DNA of 64,000 nt from Takakia lepidozioides. Taxonomy: Eukaryota > Plantae > Bryophyta. Of this stretch, positions 1 through 12,600 are shown piece after piece (the stretch's first letter is position 1; every line of letters starts with the position of its first letter). The DNA lies in NCBI GenBank assembly GCA_030704615.1, contig CM060734.1, positions 26,164,001 to 26,228,000 of the forward strand, given 5' to 3'. Below the pieces are notes generated by a model, which searched no databases, was not told where the DNA came from, and was given only the letters and a program-made list of their open reading frames with translations. A program made the translations under genes and the position numbers.

Positions 1-527
1 CCGAACCTAGTCGTGTACAGCAGATTTTAGACGAGGCAAACCTCAAGAAAATGAAGATGAGGGAGGAGGCAGCAGCTATTAGAGCCCGTCAGACTCGTAG
101 ATTTGTCTTGGATTCTGCTGAGGAAAGTGGGGGAGAAGAGGCAGAAGATTCCCAGGAGGTGAGGTGGACAGTTCCCCAAGGAGATCACGGAATTTTTTAG
201 AGACATAGTGGAACTGATGCATCACAGAACTCGGAGGATGGAGAGGATGAGGGGGAAGGCGGGACAAGTTCCTCGGAGGGTGTAGGAGAGTAGTGCCCAT
301 TCCGGCTATGACAGTTACGACACACTTGTATAGATGTGGCTTGCCACAAAATTTGCAATAAAATGTTGCATTTTATTGCTATGACGAGTCCACGGGTGCC
401 AAATTCCAACTTGATATGACCCTATTTCTGTGCCTCCTAACCCTATTTCCGTGGACAAACAATGGTCTGCTCATGTTTTTTTTTTTTTTCCGCTCATGCT
501 CATGCCGCTCATGAAATAACAACCCCC
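1..527 (+). mobile_element. Terminal segment of a second, inverted copy of the large ParB/MTase element (rest lies left of the window)
   Basis: 1-527 is the reverse complement of ~54007-54532 (e.g. ccgctcatgctcatgccgctcatgaaataacaaccccc vs gggggctgctatttcatgagcggcatgagcatgagcgg). Similarity stops abruptly after CCCCC at 527. Confidence 0.85.
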
Positions 528-529
528 TC

Positions 530-3500
530 TCTCCACCCACAATCTTGCCTACACTCTCCTACTGCTGCGCACTATTTATCCTACGTCAAATGAAAATTAG
601 TGTACAAATGGACCTCCCTGGATACCTTGACACTATATCACCGCTTGAACGTGCGGTACCTACAACACCTTCATACCTTATTCTGTCACCCGACAGCCTC
701 TTGTACCATTGACTGCGACCTCCCATGCTCACTCTTCCCCCACAACAAACAAGATTTTCTTCCTGAATTTTGGATAGCCCAAGCTGCCTCTATAATCCAA
801 ATGCTCAAGGCCTCCCAAACAACTAATGTGTGCACCCCACCAGGCACCTCCCCTCCCCCAACCTACCCCACCTCCCCCATCACCCGAGGCAGAACTAATA
901 CAACTCCGACCCACCCCCCTTGACCCTACATACTCGGATCCACCCCCACTTAACCCCACCCCACCAATGCCAACCATCCTGAAGCCTTCATCATCGAAGC
1001 GATACTCGGCATAAAAACTCAAACCTCAATTGATTCCTTCGGAGCTACATGTGTTGATACCTATTACCTATGTAAATGGGCTGGCTTCCCCACAGAAGAC
1101 AATACCTGACAAATCGAAGATGACCCTCTTTGGGTCACATGAAGATTGTGACCCAGCCCACAACCTTGACCTTCTAACCAAATTCCACAAAACAACCAAC
1201 ACCAACTATATCGCACACACTCATCAACATCATGTATCCCAAACCCAGCTGATAGACGCCCGTCACATTCACAAACCCATCGCTGCTCCAAAAATTCACA
1301 TACATATCACAAAATGCAACCCAAACAAAGATATTAAACACGGCGCTCCCATTACATGCACTAGCCACTTAACGTCCTACCTCTACACCCTTAATGGTAG
1401 ATATGTTGGATTAATTTCTAATGACATGCTAGCTTGGCTCTAGAAAAAATATTTTGCCTCCATACCCCACACAAATCAGTTACAAACTCCAAGACAAGAT
1501 TTTGCCACAGAGGTCTGCTGGCTTGTTGAATGGTATCTACGCGAAACCCCCTCCAAAAAACCCCGTACCCTTGACAAACTAACACAAGCCTATGCCCATT
1601 ATACCATCCCCCTAGACATTCTTAAGCTCCTCATCACTACATTCCTGCTCACACACGCATACTACTCTAGTCCGCTTACATGTCCCCCAGAGCTTTCATC
1701 TTTTGACAGCCCGCATCCTCGAGACTGTGTATTCGGTGCTTCCAGGACCGCCACGCAACATACTTGGTCCGGAAGGGGTCTGGCCCACCCGCCTCCCGGA
1801 CCCCTCACACAAAAAGCACTCCAATGGCGGGCAGCTAGGTCATGAGCCCAGCCCTATGAGCTTGGGAGCTGGGCTCACGCTTTATGCAATAAGCGTGAAC
1901 CCAGACTTCATTTGCATGACGTGGCATGAGCGTTCTTCACGCCACGTAAGCGTGAGTGTCTGCCATGTCAACAGATGTCAGAAGACATTTGGCGAAAGAA
2001 AGGGTGCATATACCCGAGGTACCTATAACTGTGGGAATAGGCATTTACAGTATGCCGACTTATGCTGCATATTCCAAACAAACCGACAATGAAAACAGAC
2101 TCCATGACTGCAATGTTGTGCAGTCTGCCAACTTAAGCTGCATATTGCAAATAAGCCGACAATGAAAAGAGACCCGTCCAGGTTCCCTTCCCTTCCTCTT
2201 TCCTTTGCCTCTCCCTCACCTGCAAATCATTTCTTGCCTTTCAAGGGAGTGTTCTGAGCCGGTTGCTCCTTTTCGTTGAGGACGCGAAGTTTACGTTCGT
2301 GGATATCAAGGTCGGAGTGAGGAGCAATCGCAGCTGCATTCTCACTGAGCCTTCTCAACTTGATCTCTTGAAGGGGGTGTCAGAAGCAGGACAGTCCAAC
2401 TACCAGCCACAGTCAAGGAGGTGGTCTGGGCCCAATCAGCCAATATCCCAGCTGTGAACATTGTCACGCTGGGTTCAGCCAATTGTCAATGAAGTCTAGG
2501 TCTTTGTCCAAGTATTTGCCAGGCAAAAGAACATGTTTCATATACCTACAAGCTAGAGAAGGTCACATAAGCACAACTGAGGGAGATCCAGTAGGGGCAT
2601 GAAAATGGCAACACTGCGTACATGCGTCCCCTAAGCACGAACACAAGAACGACCCCTACAAGTGGTGTGTGTTACCGTATACCACTTTCGGTGGCATGTG
2701 CATTTGGGAAAATGACACACTGCAGAGATGTCCTTGCACAGTATACACACAAGGAAATCCCTCTTTGAATGGCACTTTCGTGCAAGGGAAAAAAAAAAAA
2801 AAAAAAAAAAATTGCGTGTGTGGGATGGGCAGATTGCAAAGAAGTCGTGCACAAAAGAATATCCCCTGAAAGTGGTGTGCGTTGACGTGGCATTTACGTG
2901 GGAAAAAAAAAAAAAAAATGTGGGATGAGCAGACTGCTGAGAAGTCGTGCACAGAAGAGTGAATCCCCTGACAGTGACAGTGACGCACACCAATTTCAGT
3001 GGCAAGTGCCTGTGGTGTATGGACACACGTCAAAGCATATTCTCCCACATTATGCACACTCGAAAATCCACTAAAAGTGGTGTGCGTCACCGCACACCAC
3101 TCAAACGCAGACCACTTTTGAGTGGTATGTGCAGTTGTGGCAGGTGTAGTTGTGGTAGTGGAAAATGGTGTGAGTCAACTCCCACCATTTCCAAGTAACA
3201 ACTTAGGCAAACATAGACCAAATAATGTAAGATATACCTGTATTTTGGAAGAAGAACTTGGGAGTAACAATCCTGAAGATGTCAATCCTGCTACACCTGC
3301 GGGCGTCCATTTCCCCTGAAGTGTTGTGCCACAAAAACCGAGTCCTTAGCTTCTTGCCAGGCATTTCAGACTTCGAAGGTGGGATGGATGATAAAGGTGA
3401 AGTCTGCAATGACTGTAAAGGGCAATTCATTCCGCGGAAATAAGAACATCCCACGGAAATACGTCCTGTATGTTCGAAATTAACATATGACGTGGCGTGA

Positions 3501-4140
3501 GCTTTGCTGGGCTCACAGGCTCATGCTTGCAGGTTCATGATCTAGCATTTCCCCACTCCAATGGGCGCGCTTTGTGGCCCACTTCTCCCCCTCGGATGTC
3601 ACCATCCTCATTCTCACACAACAAAGGTCACCTAATCACCCACACCCCCTCCTCCAACTTCCCCCGAATGTAACACCATTAGCAGCCATTGAACCAAACC
3701 AGCTCCGTTATATGTACAACCCACCATTTCCTAAATACCTCCGCCACAAGGAACCTACCCTAACCCTAATACTGCTTGTCCAAAATACCCCCCTTATCTC
3801 CATATCCCCAGACCTTCCCACTCACCTTAATCACCTACTCTCCGGCACCTTTGGTATGACAGTCACCACTTACCCGCCGCACCTTTACCCCCCACCCCCT
3901 CCCCCCCCCCTCCCCCCCCCTCCCCCCCCCTCTAGATCATCTGCCAGACCAAAACTGAACAAAGCCTGGATTAAGGCACTCCCGCGCCCAATCACCCCAC
4001 ATGACGTTACTCCCTACGGTGCCCCAACGCTCTACCATGGGAATACTTCCCCCAAATATCCCCCAATCCACTCACACTATACGGACGGCTCCCTCTCCGG
4101 CTTCCGTGCTGGATATGGCGTCTACCAAACCACCCCAACA
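530..4140 (+). mobile_element. Degraded retroelement (probably non-LTR) pol segment with a PCIF1-like MTase region followed by RNase H, interrupted by a TIR element
   Basis: One frame runs 1030-1827 (stop at 1441) and resumes at ~3556-4140. It contains YYSSPLTC..FDSPHPRDCVFGA..WSGRGLAHPP (1660-1794) and the RNase H start YTDGS..AGYGVY (~4078-4125). C/A-rich strand bias. Confidence 0.6.
1826..3554. mobile_element. Non-autonomous TIR DNA transposon (~1.7 kb; MULE- or hAT-like)
   Basis: Imperfect ~23-bp TIRs (ggcgggcagctaggtcatgagcc / ggttcatgatctagcatttcccc). Flanking duplication (c)actccaat at 1817-1825 and 3554-3562 (8-9 bp). Removing it restores the host frame (..QKALQW|ARFVAHF..). Confidence 0.75.
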
Positions 4141-4727
4141 CTCTGGATGATACTAAATAGCATGTGCATCATCCGTCTTTTGACCCCTAATACGGATATT
4201 GCCTTTTGCCAATACCAGTCTACGGAGGGTGTTGAACTAAGTATTGCAAGTGTTAATACTAAGGGTTTAGGTTCTTAACTTCTAGTATTACAAAAATAGA
4301 TACCAGCCGGGTCGGTTCTTTAATACCCTAGTTAATACTTGGGTTGATACCCGGCATGACCCTATATACCAGTCCAACACTATTCCCGACAACCTTATAC
4401 TGGATGAACGTACGGACTCATGAACTCTCTCTGCCGTGACCGTGTTGACAGTTTCGCCCATATGGGAAGTGGGTAGTTTCCCTCGTCCATCCATTGTGGC
4501 GTCCAATAAGACTTCCATAAAGGGGCTTTGGTATTGCCTATCATCCACAATATCGCTGACAACTTCCATAAAAATTTTCAAAAATAAAATAAAATAAAAG
4601 AGAAACACCTGGGTGCGACAACTCACAAATGGTGACAAATGGCGAGGACTGCGCTTACCCAACGAGTTTAAGGCAAGCCTGAGAGGTGGTGGGGCCTGCT
4701 GGCCGGGGCTCCGGCAGACTACCAGTC

Positions 4728-5145
4728 ATATATATCTCTCATAGGGAAGGTGGAACACCCAATCATATATATCTCCTATAGGGAAGGTGGGGAGTGTTCC
4801 ATACCCCCTGTTCCCTCCTCATGCTCCCCACCTTTAGGACCATGTTCCCAAACATTCTCCAATTTTGCTCCCCTGTTCCCGCTCCTTGATCCTTGTTCCC
4901 CATTAGGACAGGGGAGCGAACGGGGACTGGGAACACGGGAGCAAGCCGCATCCCATAAGGGAAGGAGGGGACCGGGGACCAGGAACAGAGGAGCGAGGCG
5001 TTTTCCACAGGGCGAGGAGGGGAGCAGGGACTGGGAACAGGGGAGCCAGACATTTTCCACGGCGCGAGGAGAGGACCAGGGAGTGAGCCATTTTCCACGG
5101 CGCGAGGCGGGGACCGGGGACTAGGAACAGGGGAGCGGAGCGAGG
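4728..5145. repeat. Short GC-rich tandem and inverted repeat cluster
   Basis: Duplicated atatatctc..atagggaaggtgg, and several gggactgggaacag-type units with inverted ccctgttccc counterparts at 4806-4900. Confidence 0.5.
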
Positions 5146-6610
5146 ATCTTGGACTTAGAATTATTTTGGAGATAAAAAGAAATACAGTAGTAGTCACTCA
5201 TGCATCCAATTACTCAATGTGCATTGATTACAGCATTTTAAACCTCAGACTTGCCACTGGCCTGCATGCCACCGCACTACCATCCGCTTCTTGTCAAACA
5301 TTTGAACTTTTAATGCTTTATCCTGGAATACAGGCTAGCAGGTGAGAGGGGCAGATGAGAGGGGAGCAAGGGGGAGTGGGGATTTCACAGCGCGCCCCGC
5401 CGGAACGTCGCCGGTACGGCCATCCCCCACGACCGTCCTGGCAAGGCTCCCACGCTTGCATTCAACTCGTTGGGTAAGCGTAGTCTAAGCGTAGTGAGAG
5501 GAAAAAATGACCTCTTCCAAAGTAACCTTGCCGTGAAGGCTTTTGCATGGGACACCGCTAAAGGGAAGGGGAGAAGACCATACCACAGCCATCAAGGTAG
5601 TAGGATTTGTCCCCAGAATCATCTGGGTGGCACTGAGTGCACTATCCAACTGAGCTACCAACTGTTGGTACATAATTCACTTTACAGAAAAATTATTGAC
5701 CTTCACTAGAAAGTATGATAAATATAGGGAAACTTTATAACCATAGTATCTTTTTCTTTTTTTGAAAAGGTAAACACCCAAGCTCACAAATCAGGCCCCT
5801 AATTTTCAGGAGAGGAGGAAAAACCCTCCTTCAGAGTACCCTCGCCTTGAGGCACCAACACAAGGCTCAGGGAACACTGCACAAAGGAAGGGGAAGAAGA
5901 TTACAGCGCACGTAACAACCTGCTCTAGATTTTCCTTTGTATTTTTTAGGGCAATTTGAAGAAGAACTTTCCCACCAGTGGGCGGGAGATTCAGTGCATG
6001 GAACCAGTGGTCCCATTGGGGGCGGGAGCATGGAACGGGTGGTTCCAATTCTGGAACCCCGGTTGCCATAGGAAGATTTGTGGAACACAATCTTGTCCCT
6101 GGGATGAGATACCATCTAGGGTTGATGTGGAGCCAGCTAGTCAGAGGGTGGAACCACATGAGCCGATTTTATGCAGCAGAAAGTTCCTGCCCATGGACTC
6201 CCCGCCGTTTGCAGGTATGCCCTGGGGCAACGGGCGGAAAGTCGTCGGGCAGGAACTTTCCACTATACACAACTATCTGGGCTGAACCCAGCCCTGATAC
6301 CTGGTGACAATGCTTTAATTAGTGAAAAAATACTACTTAATTATCCATTCCTTGCTTCAAGAATCGAAAACCCAAAACCCAATCTCTTTATCCATTATTT
6401 GTTTGTCATGTTCTCCAAGGAAAAAAATTAAGAATTAAAAAGGGAAAAAGGTTGGCCAGTAAATTGAAGTTTAAAACAATATTTTATGGGGTGAAAACCA
6501 AATCTGTGTGGAAAATTAACTGAATTCAAATCGAAAAAGTCAAACATGGTACAATGAAAAAGCTGTGGCATGTTGTCGCCTCCGAGCTGCTGTGTGAAGG
6601 CCCGTGTACC

Positions 6611-9600
6611 TTAAATGATGGTTCCATCCGGGATGACAGCATCCTTGATTATTGTTACAATGCCACTCTTGATGAAATATCCATCTGTTTCCCTTGCTAT
6701 TTCCTGGACGTCATCTTTGTTTACAATCTGAACAAACACCCATCACAATCCAGGAGACTTCTGCTCAGTACACGTACTTCCATTGACTTGCAACATCAGG
6801 CATGACCAGTTGCAGGAGTTCGACGCCACTATCTGGTCAAGCCAAAACAACGGTGGCTCCCACAGCCAAGATTCTCCATTTCCCCACCAAAAATTACTCC
6901 GTTTGATACTTGCTTTCAAGTACACCCATCAGATATTTCCAGTTAATACTTTGCCTCTTCGGCGTGAAGGTAATGGGCTTCCAATGGACACGAGAGTTGC
7001 TCTCTTGCAGCCTCTCATTTTTGCTAAGAACAGACCGTCCTTCACTTTCTAATGATTTGGGATTTGAGGATTCTAGACAGCGTGAGACATGCATGCGAAA
7101 AGCCTATACCTTTACATTTTTGCCAATCCGTGCATTCTTATCAACAATAGCTCTCTTCACCACTGAATTTTTCCCAATGCCAATGGGTATGCCACCTGAG
7201 GACAACAACTCGCTCCGTTGCTCATCCGTCTGGCACCCACCAACGTGAAGACAAATTAATGAGTAGCAATTACATGCAGATATAGCAAATCAGTTACAAT
7301 CTTCAATCACTACAAGAAAGCATCCCATTGTGTTTATCACACCCTCACACAAAAGCAAATGAGAACGAATGATTGTGTAATCGTGGAAAGAAAAGGTTGC
7401 AATCAGGTTACACAAACTCTCAAAAGTCCATTGAACAGTAAATGTCTCTATAATGTCAAGCAAGTACTTGCCAAAGTTGGAGTGCCAAGGTCCATCAACA
7501 TCCATCTGGGGTGTGATCACCTTGTAACAAGAAGACTAGAACCTTACACAGGGGAAACGGACAGACCAGTAGCTTTCTAGGGGGGAAATCAGAGGAAAGG
7601 AGGCCTTAAGCCACAGTTCCCAGGGATTTTCCCATATACCAAGAGGATTATGAGTACGAAGTTGACCATGGAAGATAACTACAAAGTTGGTCACCTAAAC
7701 AATTAATATATCAATGTGAGAGCCTAGTAAACTAACTCACACTTTTGAGACGTTACCAGAGATAGATAGTCACATCAAAGGTAAGGAAGAGCTTTCAAAT
7801 ATTGAAAACATAGGCACCAGGGCAAAATATCAAGGGAAAACACATGGAAGAACAAACAACTCATCGCAGGCATACTGAGTTTCAGAAAGGACAGAAGAGA
7901 GCGAGTAAGAGACAACCTAACTAACATAAGTGGAATGAAAACAGCTCCCCACAAAGATTATGCAAACAATATCCCATTCTTTCTGTGTGATATACTCTCA
8001 AAATAGCAGTTGTGCCAACACGAACCTCATAGTAATCAGCACCCATGAGAAGTGCATCTTGAATAACTGCACCTTCACCCACCCATGAGCGCAGTCCTAC
8101 CACCGAGTGAAAGATCTTGCAATTCTGCACAGGAAGATATATTTCAACTTCAAGCATATTTTGAGGTACACTGCGGGGTTCTAATTTTGAGATCAATATC
8201 TCATTTCACAAGTTAGGGGAGAAATAAAAGGGGAAACTGTAAATTTAACCACATTCACAAAATGCCTCCTCATCTTAGTCTTTAGGCGAATATCGCCTCT
8301 TGTGTAATAAGGATACAAACCAATAGTTGGCATACTCTGCTTCTGTAACTTACACATACATTTGAAGTTCATTTAATGCTGCATACTGCTCACCATTGCA
8401 CCAAAACCAAATGACTACTTCACAAGAACCTGCATTCAACTTCTGTACGACCTAGGTCAAAGATAGATCAAAATAAACCTACCTTGATGACACACCCTTC
8501 ACCGATAACACTGTCAGTAACGTCAGCATCCAAAATCTTGGACGGGGGCAGGAAGCGAGCCTGTGTGTAGATTGGGGCAGACCTGTCATAGAAACTGTTC
8601 CCCCGACATCCATACATCATAGGACTTCATTAGCAGAGTGAAATCGTTCCAAAATGAAAAGCCATAGGTATAAAGCCCAGTAAACTGGTGAGTATAAAGC
8701 CTAGTAAAACTCCCCACTGACTTTGTCAGATCCTGAGAGAGGGTGCAGACATACTGATTTCGTGTCGACAAGGGAAGACTCAGCTAACACATAGTTCTAG
8801 CATTTAGTCATAGGAAACACCAGACCAACACACAGACAGGAAGAAGAAGAGAGGTAGAATGTATTCATAAGACATTGTTTGCCGTAGCAGAGAGGGGGAG
8901 AGACAACTAACATAGTAAAAATATAGTGAAATGAGAATCAATGCATCCTTTCTGACATCCTTCCTCCCTCCTGCTATAAGCCACATACATTGCGTACCTG
9001 AAGTCAGGAACAGGCTTCTTAGTGATGCCCAGGTTGGCATTGTAGAAGGCCTCAATGGTGCCTATGTCCTCCCAGTAGCCATCATACAGATATGCTTGTA
9101 CCTGCATCCATTCTACACTAATGATCAGACATATGAAGCAACTCAACAAGCACGGCATTGTTAGCCTCTATCCTTCCCTTACCCCCTTCCCGCTCAAACT
9201 AATGATGAGGTTGTCTTCATCTAGAAAGCCCTCCACACAAGCATCAATCTGCTGTGTGAGCTGCCCAGCGATTAGACCCCAACAGGATCAGGGCTTCAGG
9301 CTCAGCCTCGAGATTTTCAAAGTTGGCAAACAGAGGTGCAGGAATAATGTACTTGATGTTCCTGAAGAGGACTCAATGGTGAGAATACGTTGGACAATGC
9401 ATCAGAAAATGGATACTGCCTACGGACAGAGAGAATGTACTCATGAAATTCCCTGCGAATGTTGGCTTGCCATAGCCTTACGGCCATTGACCCTGTGAGA
9501 AACTAACCCTGCCGGAGGGAGGGAGAGAGGGAGAGAGAGAGAATGAGAATTTATAGCATCACAGAGGGCCACAAGGGCCATAGGACAAGGAAGAACAAAC

Positions 9601-12600
9601 AAAGAAACACTTCAGAATACAGCAAGTGTGGCTCAAAGATGAATGGCCTCAACAGGTAGGCCGCCAGAGTGAGAGAATGTACTCATAAGACGTTGTTTGC
9701 CGTAGCCTTGTGGCCATTGACCCCACGCCCAGTTTGAGCGGAACACAAAGGGACAGAACCTACCTTTGTCAGGGGCTGATGCCAGTAGTAAGACGTACCT
9801 TGGAATAAACAATTGATCCGGGTTTTCCAGATATCCTCTAGAAATCCCTTTACACAAGAATCAACCTGCTGTGTGTGGTTTGCCCAATAACTAGGTCCCA
9901 AAAGTGCCTGGGCTGCCAGAGTGAGAGAATGTACTCATAAGACGTTGTTTGCCGTAGCCTAGTGGCCTTGACCCCGCGCTCAGTTTGAACGGAACACACA
10001 GGGACAGAACCTACCTCTGTCAGGGGCTGACGTCGGTAGTAGGACTTACCTCGGTAAAGAACATTGATCCGGGTTTTCCAGATATCCTCTAGAAATCCCT
10101 TCACACAAGCATCAATCTGCTGTGTGTGGTTTGCCCAGTAACTAGGCCCCAGAAGGGCCTGGGCTTTTGGCTCAGCCTCGAGACTTTCAAAGTTGGTAAA
10201 CATAGGTACAGGCACAATTCCCTTGATAGATTTGAGGAGAGCGTCTCTCTGGTGAGAGTACCCTGGACAGTGTATCAGGAAATGAATATTGTCTTCGGGT
10301 TGCCCACACAACGGGCAATTGCACTCTCCCTTTCCTCTCTTTTGTTTACTGTTCAAAGGTAGGCTTCCTGCACTGAGTTTAAATTTCAGTCTGGTGCGAT
10401 AGTGGGTAGACCCTTGAGGTCATCCATGATATCCTCCCCCATGTCACAGACTGAAACAGGTTCAGGGAAGTCTTCTGCCTAACTTCATTTTCATCGGACA
10501 ATTTTCTGGTAACAGACATGGCTTTAGACACTACAGTCTCTAAGTCAGATTTATCCAGCAAGGTCAAGACTTGCGGGTCCAGATTCAGATCCTTCACAAT
10601 CTCTCTACTCTCTTCTGCCAGGACTTAGCCTATTTGACAGGGCAGTCTTGTTCCCAAGATATAGAGTCGTTTAACTTAGGATATCTGGTGTTGGACATGT
10701 GTTGCAACTGACCCCACCATCTGACCTTCAATTCATCTCGTCGGGAGCTTAAGGAAGGGATGCCAAACTCACCCGGAACAGCCACATTGGCTGTTTTGGA
10801 GCATGCTGACATGCACTCCTTAAGCACCCCCACTTGAATGGATTCTAGAGACTTAGCCTGGTTGGATTTATCAACCCATATAGCAGATCCGTACTCCAAG
10901 GCAGGTCTAATAACGCGGCAAAGCAAGGTTTTCTCGACCTCTTAATCCCTCTGCAGTGGAAAAATTTAGTGAGACTCAGCGCTTTGCCCTTGCCAGTTTG
11001 AACAACTTTCTGGATATGTGCATCCCAGTTACAGTTGGAGGAAAACTCAACGCCCAGGTATGTGTAGGAAGAGAGGACTGGAATCTCTTGGCTACCCCAC
11101 TGCCACTTAAGATCACCTCCTCCCTCTCCTCTGTCGTTGAATGCCACCACTGCACATTTACTGACATTAGCCTCTAGCCCCCAAAGATCAAAGTATCTCT
11201 TCGCGCAATCAATCAATTCCTGGAGGTTGGAAGGAGTCTCCCCTATGCCTGCGAAGTCATCCGCAAACATAAGGGCTGGGATGGTGGCATCACCCACCCT
11301 TAACCCAAATCCCTCACGTTCCACATCCTCGAGGAGTTGATTGATGAAAACATTGAAGAGCAGAGGGGAGAGGGTACATCCTTGAGCTACACCTTGGTCT
11401 ATGTCAAAGAAGTTAGACTTCTGTCCATTAACAGTGACACAGCTTTTGGTGTGAGCATACAAATTATGGACAACTCTCCACATTTTTCCCTTGATTGCTT
11501 CGGTGTCCATTAGGAGGTCTTCCGAACCTAGTCGTGTACAGCAGATTTTAGAAAATGAAGATGAGGGAGGAGGCAGCAGCTATTAGAGCCCGTCAGGCTC
11601 GTAGATTTGTCTTGGATTCTGCTGAGGAAAGTGGGGGAGAAGAGGCAGAAGATTTCCAGGAGGTGAGGTGGACAGTCCCCCAAGGAGAGGACGGTATTTT
11701 TGAGAGGCATAGTGGAACTGATGCATCTCAGAGCTCAGAGGATGGGGGGGATGAGGGGGATGAGGAGGAAGGTGGGGCAAGTTCAGTCTTCCAGATAAGG
11801 TTAAAGAGGAGAACTAGGGCCTCTATCACGGGATCGCCACCGTGCTTGATAAGCTCGTTGACTATGCCATCAGGACCACCTGCTTTATATCCATTTAGAT
11901 GTTCAATTGCTTCCACAATCTCAGAAGAACTAATGGGAGCGTTGTAGGCCTTTGAAATATACTCCAGTTCATCAGGGCTGTTTTGAATCATAGGAACAGT
12001 TTTACCAACTGTCCTTCCATTCGTCAGAGGACCCCTCACTGTTAGACCTAGAAGTTCTGCCAAGGATACTGTAGTGGGTTTCAAAGGTTTTGACAATGTC
12101 AACCGATGAAGTTACCACTGCACCCTTAGTAGTCTTCAGCGCTTGTACTTGCTGACAGCTTTTCGGCTTGTACAAACATTGAAGGGCCAACCAGAATCTC
12201 TTGCCATTACCACTATGGTGGTTTGAGTTTATTTAACTGTATAACTTGTCCCAGTATGATTTCTTCTGAGCCCTTACAAGCTGATTGATATCTTTACGGA
12301 TCTGGTAGTACCTCGCCCACAAATCTTTGTTGGTTTTCAAATTGCAGCACTCTTTTTAACGTACTCGTCTCTCAGCTATCTTGGGTTTAATCTCATTGGT
12401 CCACCAATTAACAGCTCTACCGCAGACAATTAGTTTCCTCCCAATGAGTGCCAGAGTGAGAGACAGACCTTCATTCCAATCTTTGTGGCTCCAGGGATGA
12501 CTTCACTTCCGAAGTCGTTTGCTTCAGGAAAATCATTACGCAGTAAGCTGATCATAGCCTCCTTGCTCACCACATAGATACCCATGCTTGCAATATATGG

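Noticed and set aside
2631-3198. Overlapping ORFs with poly-Phe/poly-Lys
   Set aside because: Caused by poly-A tracts inside the non-autonomous TIR element.
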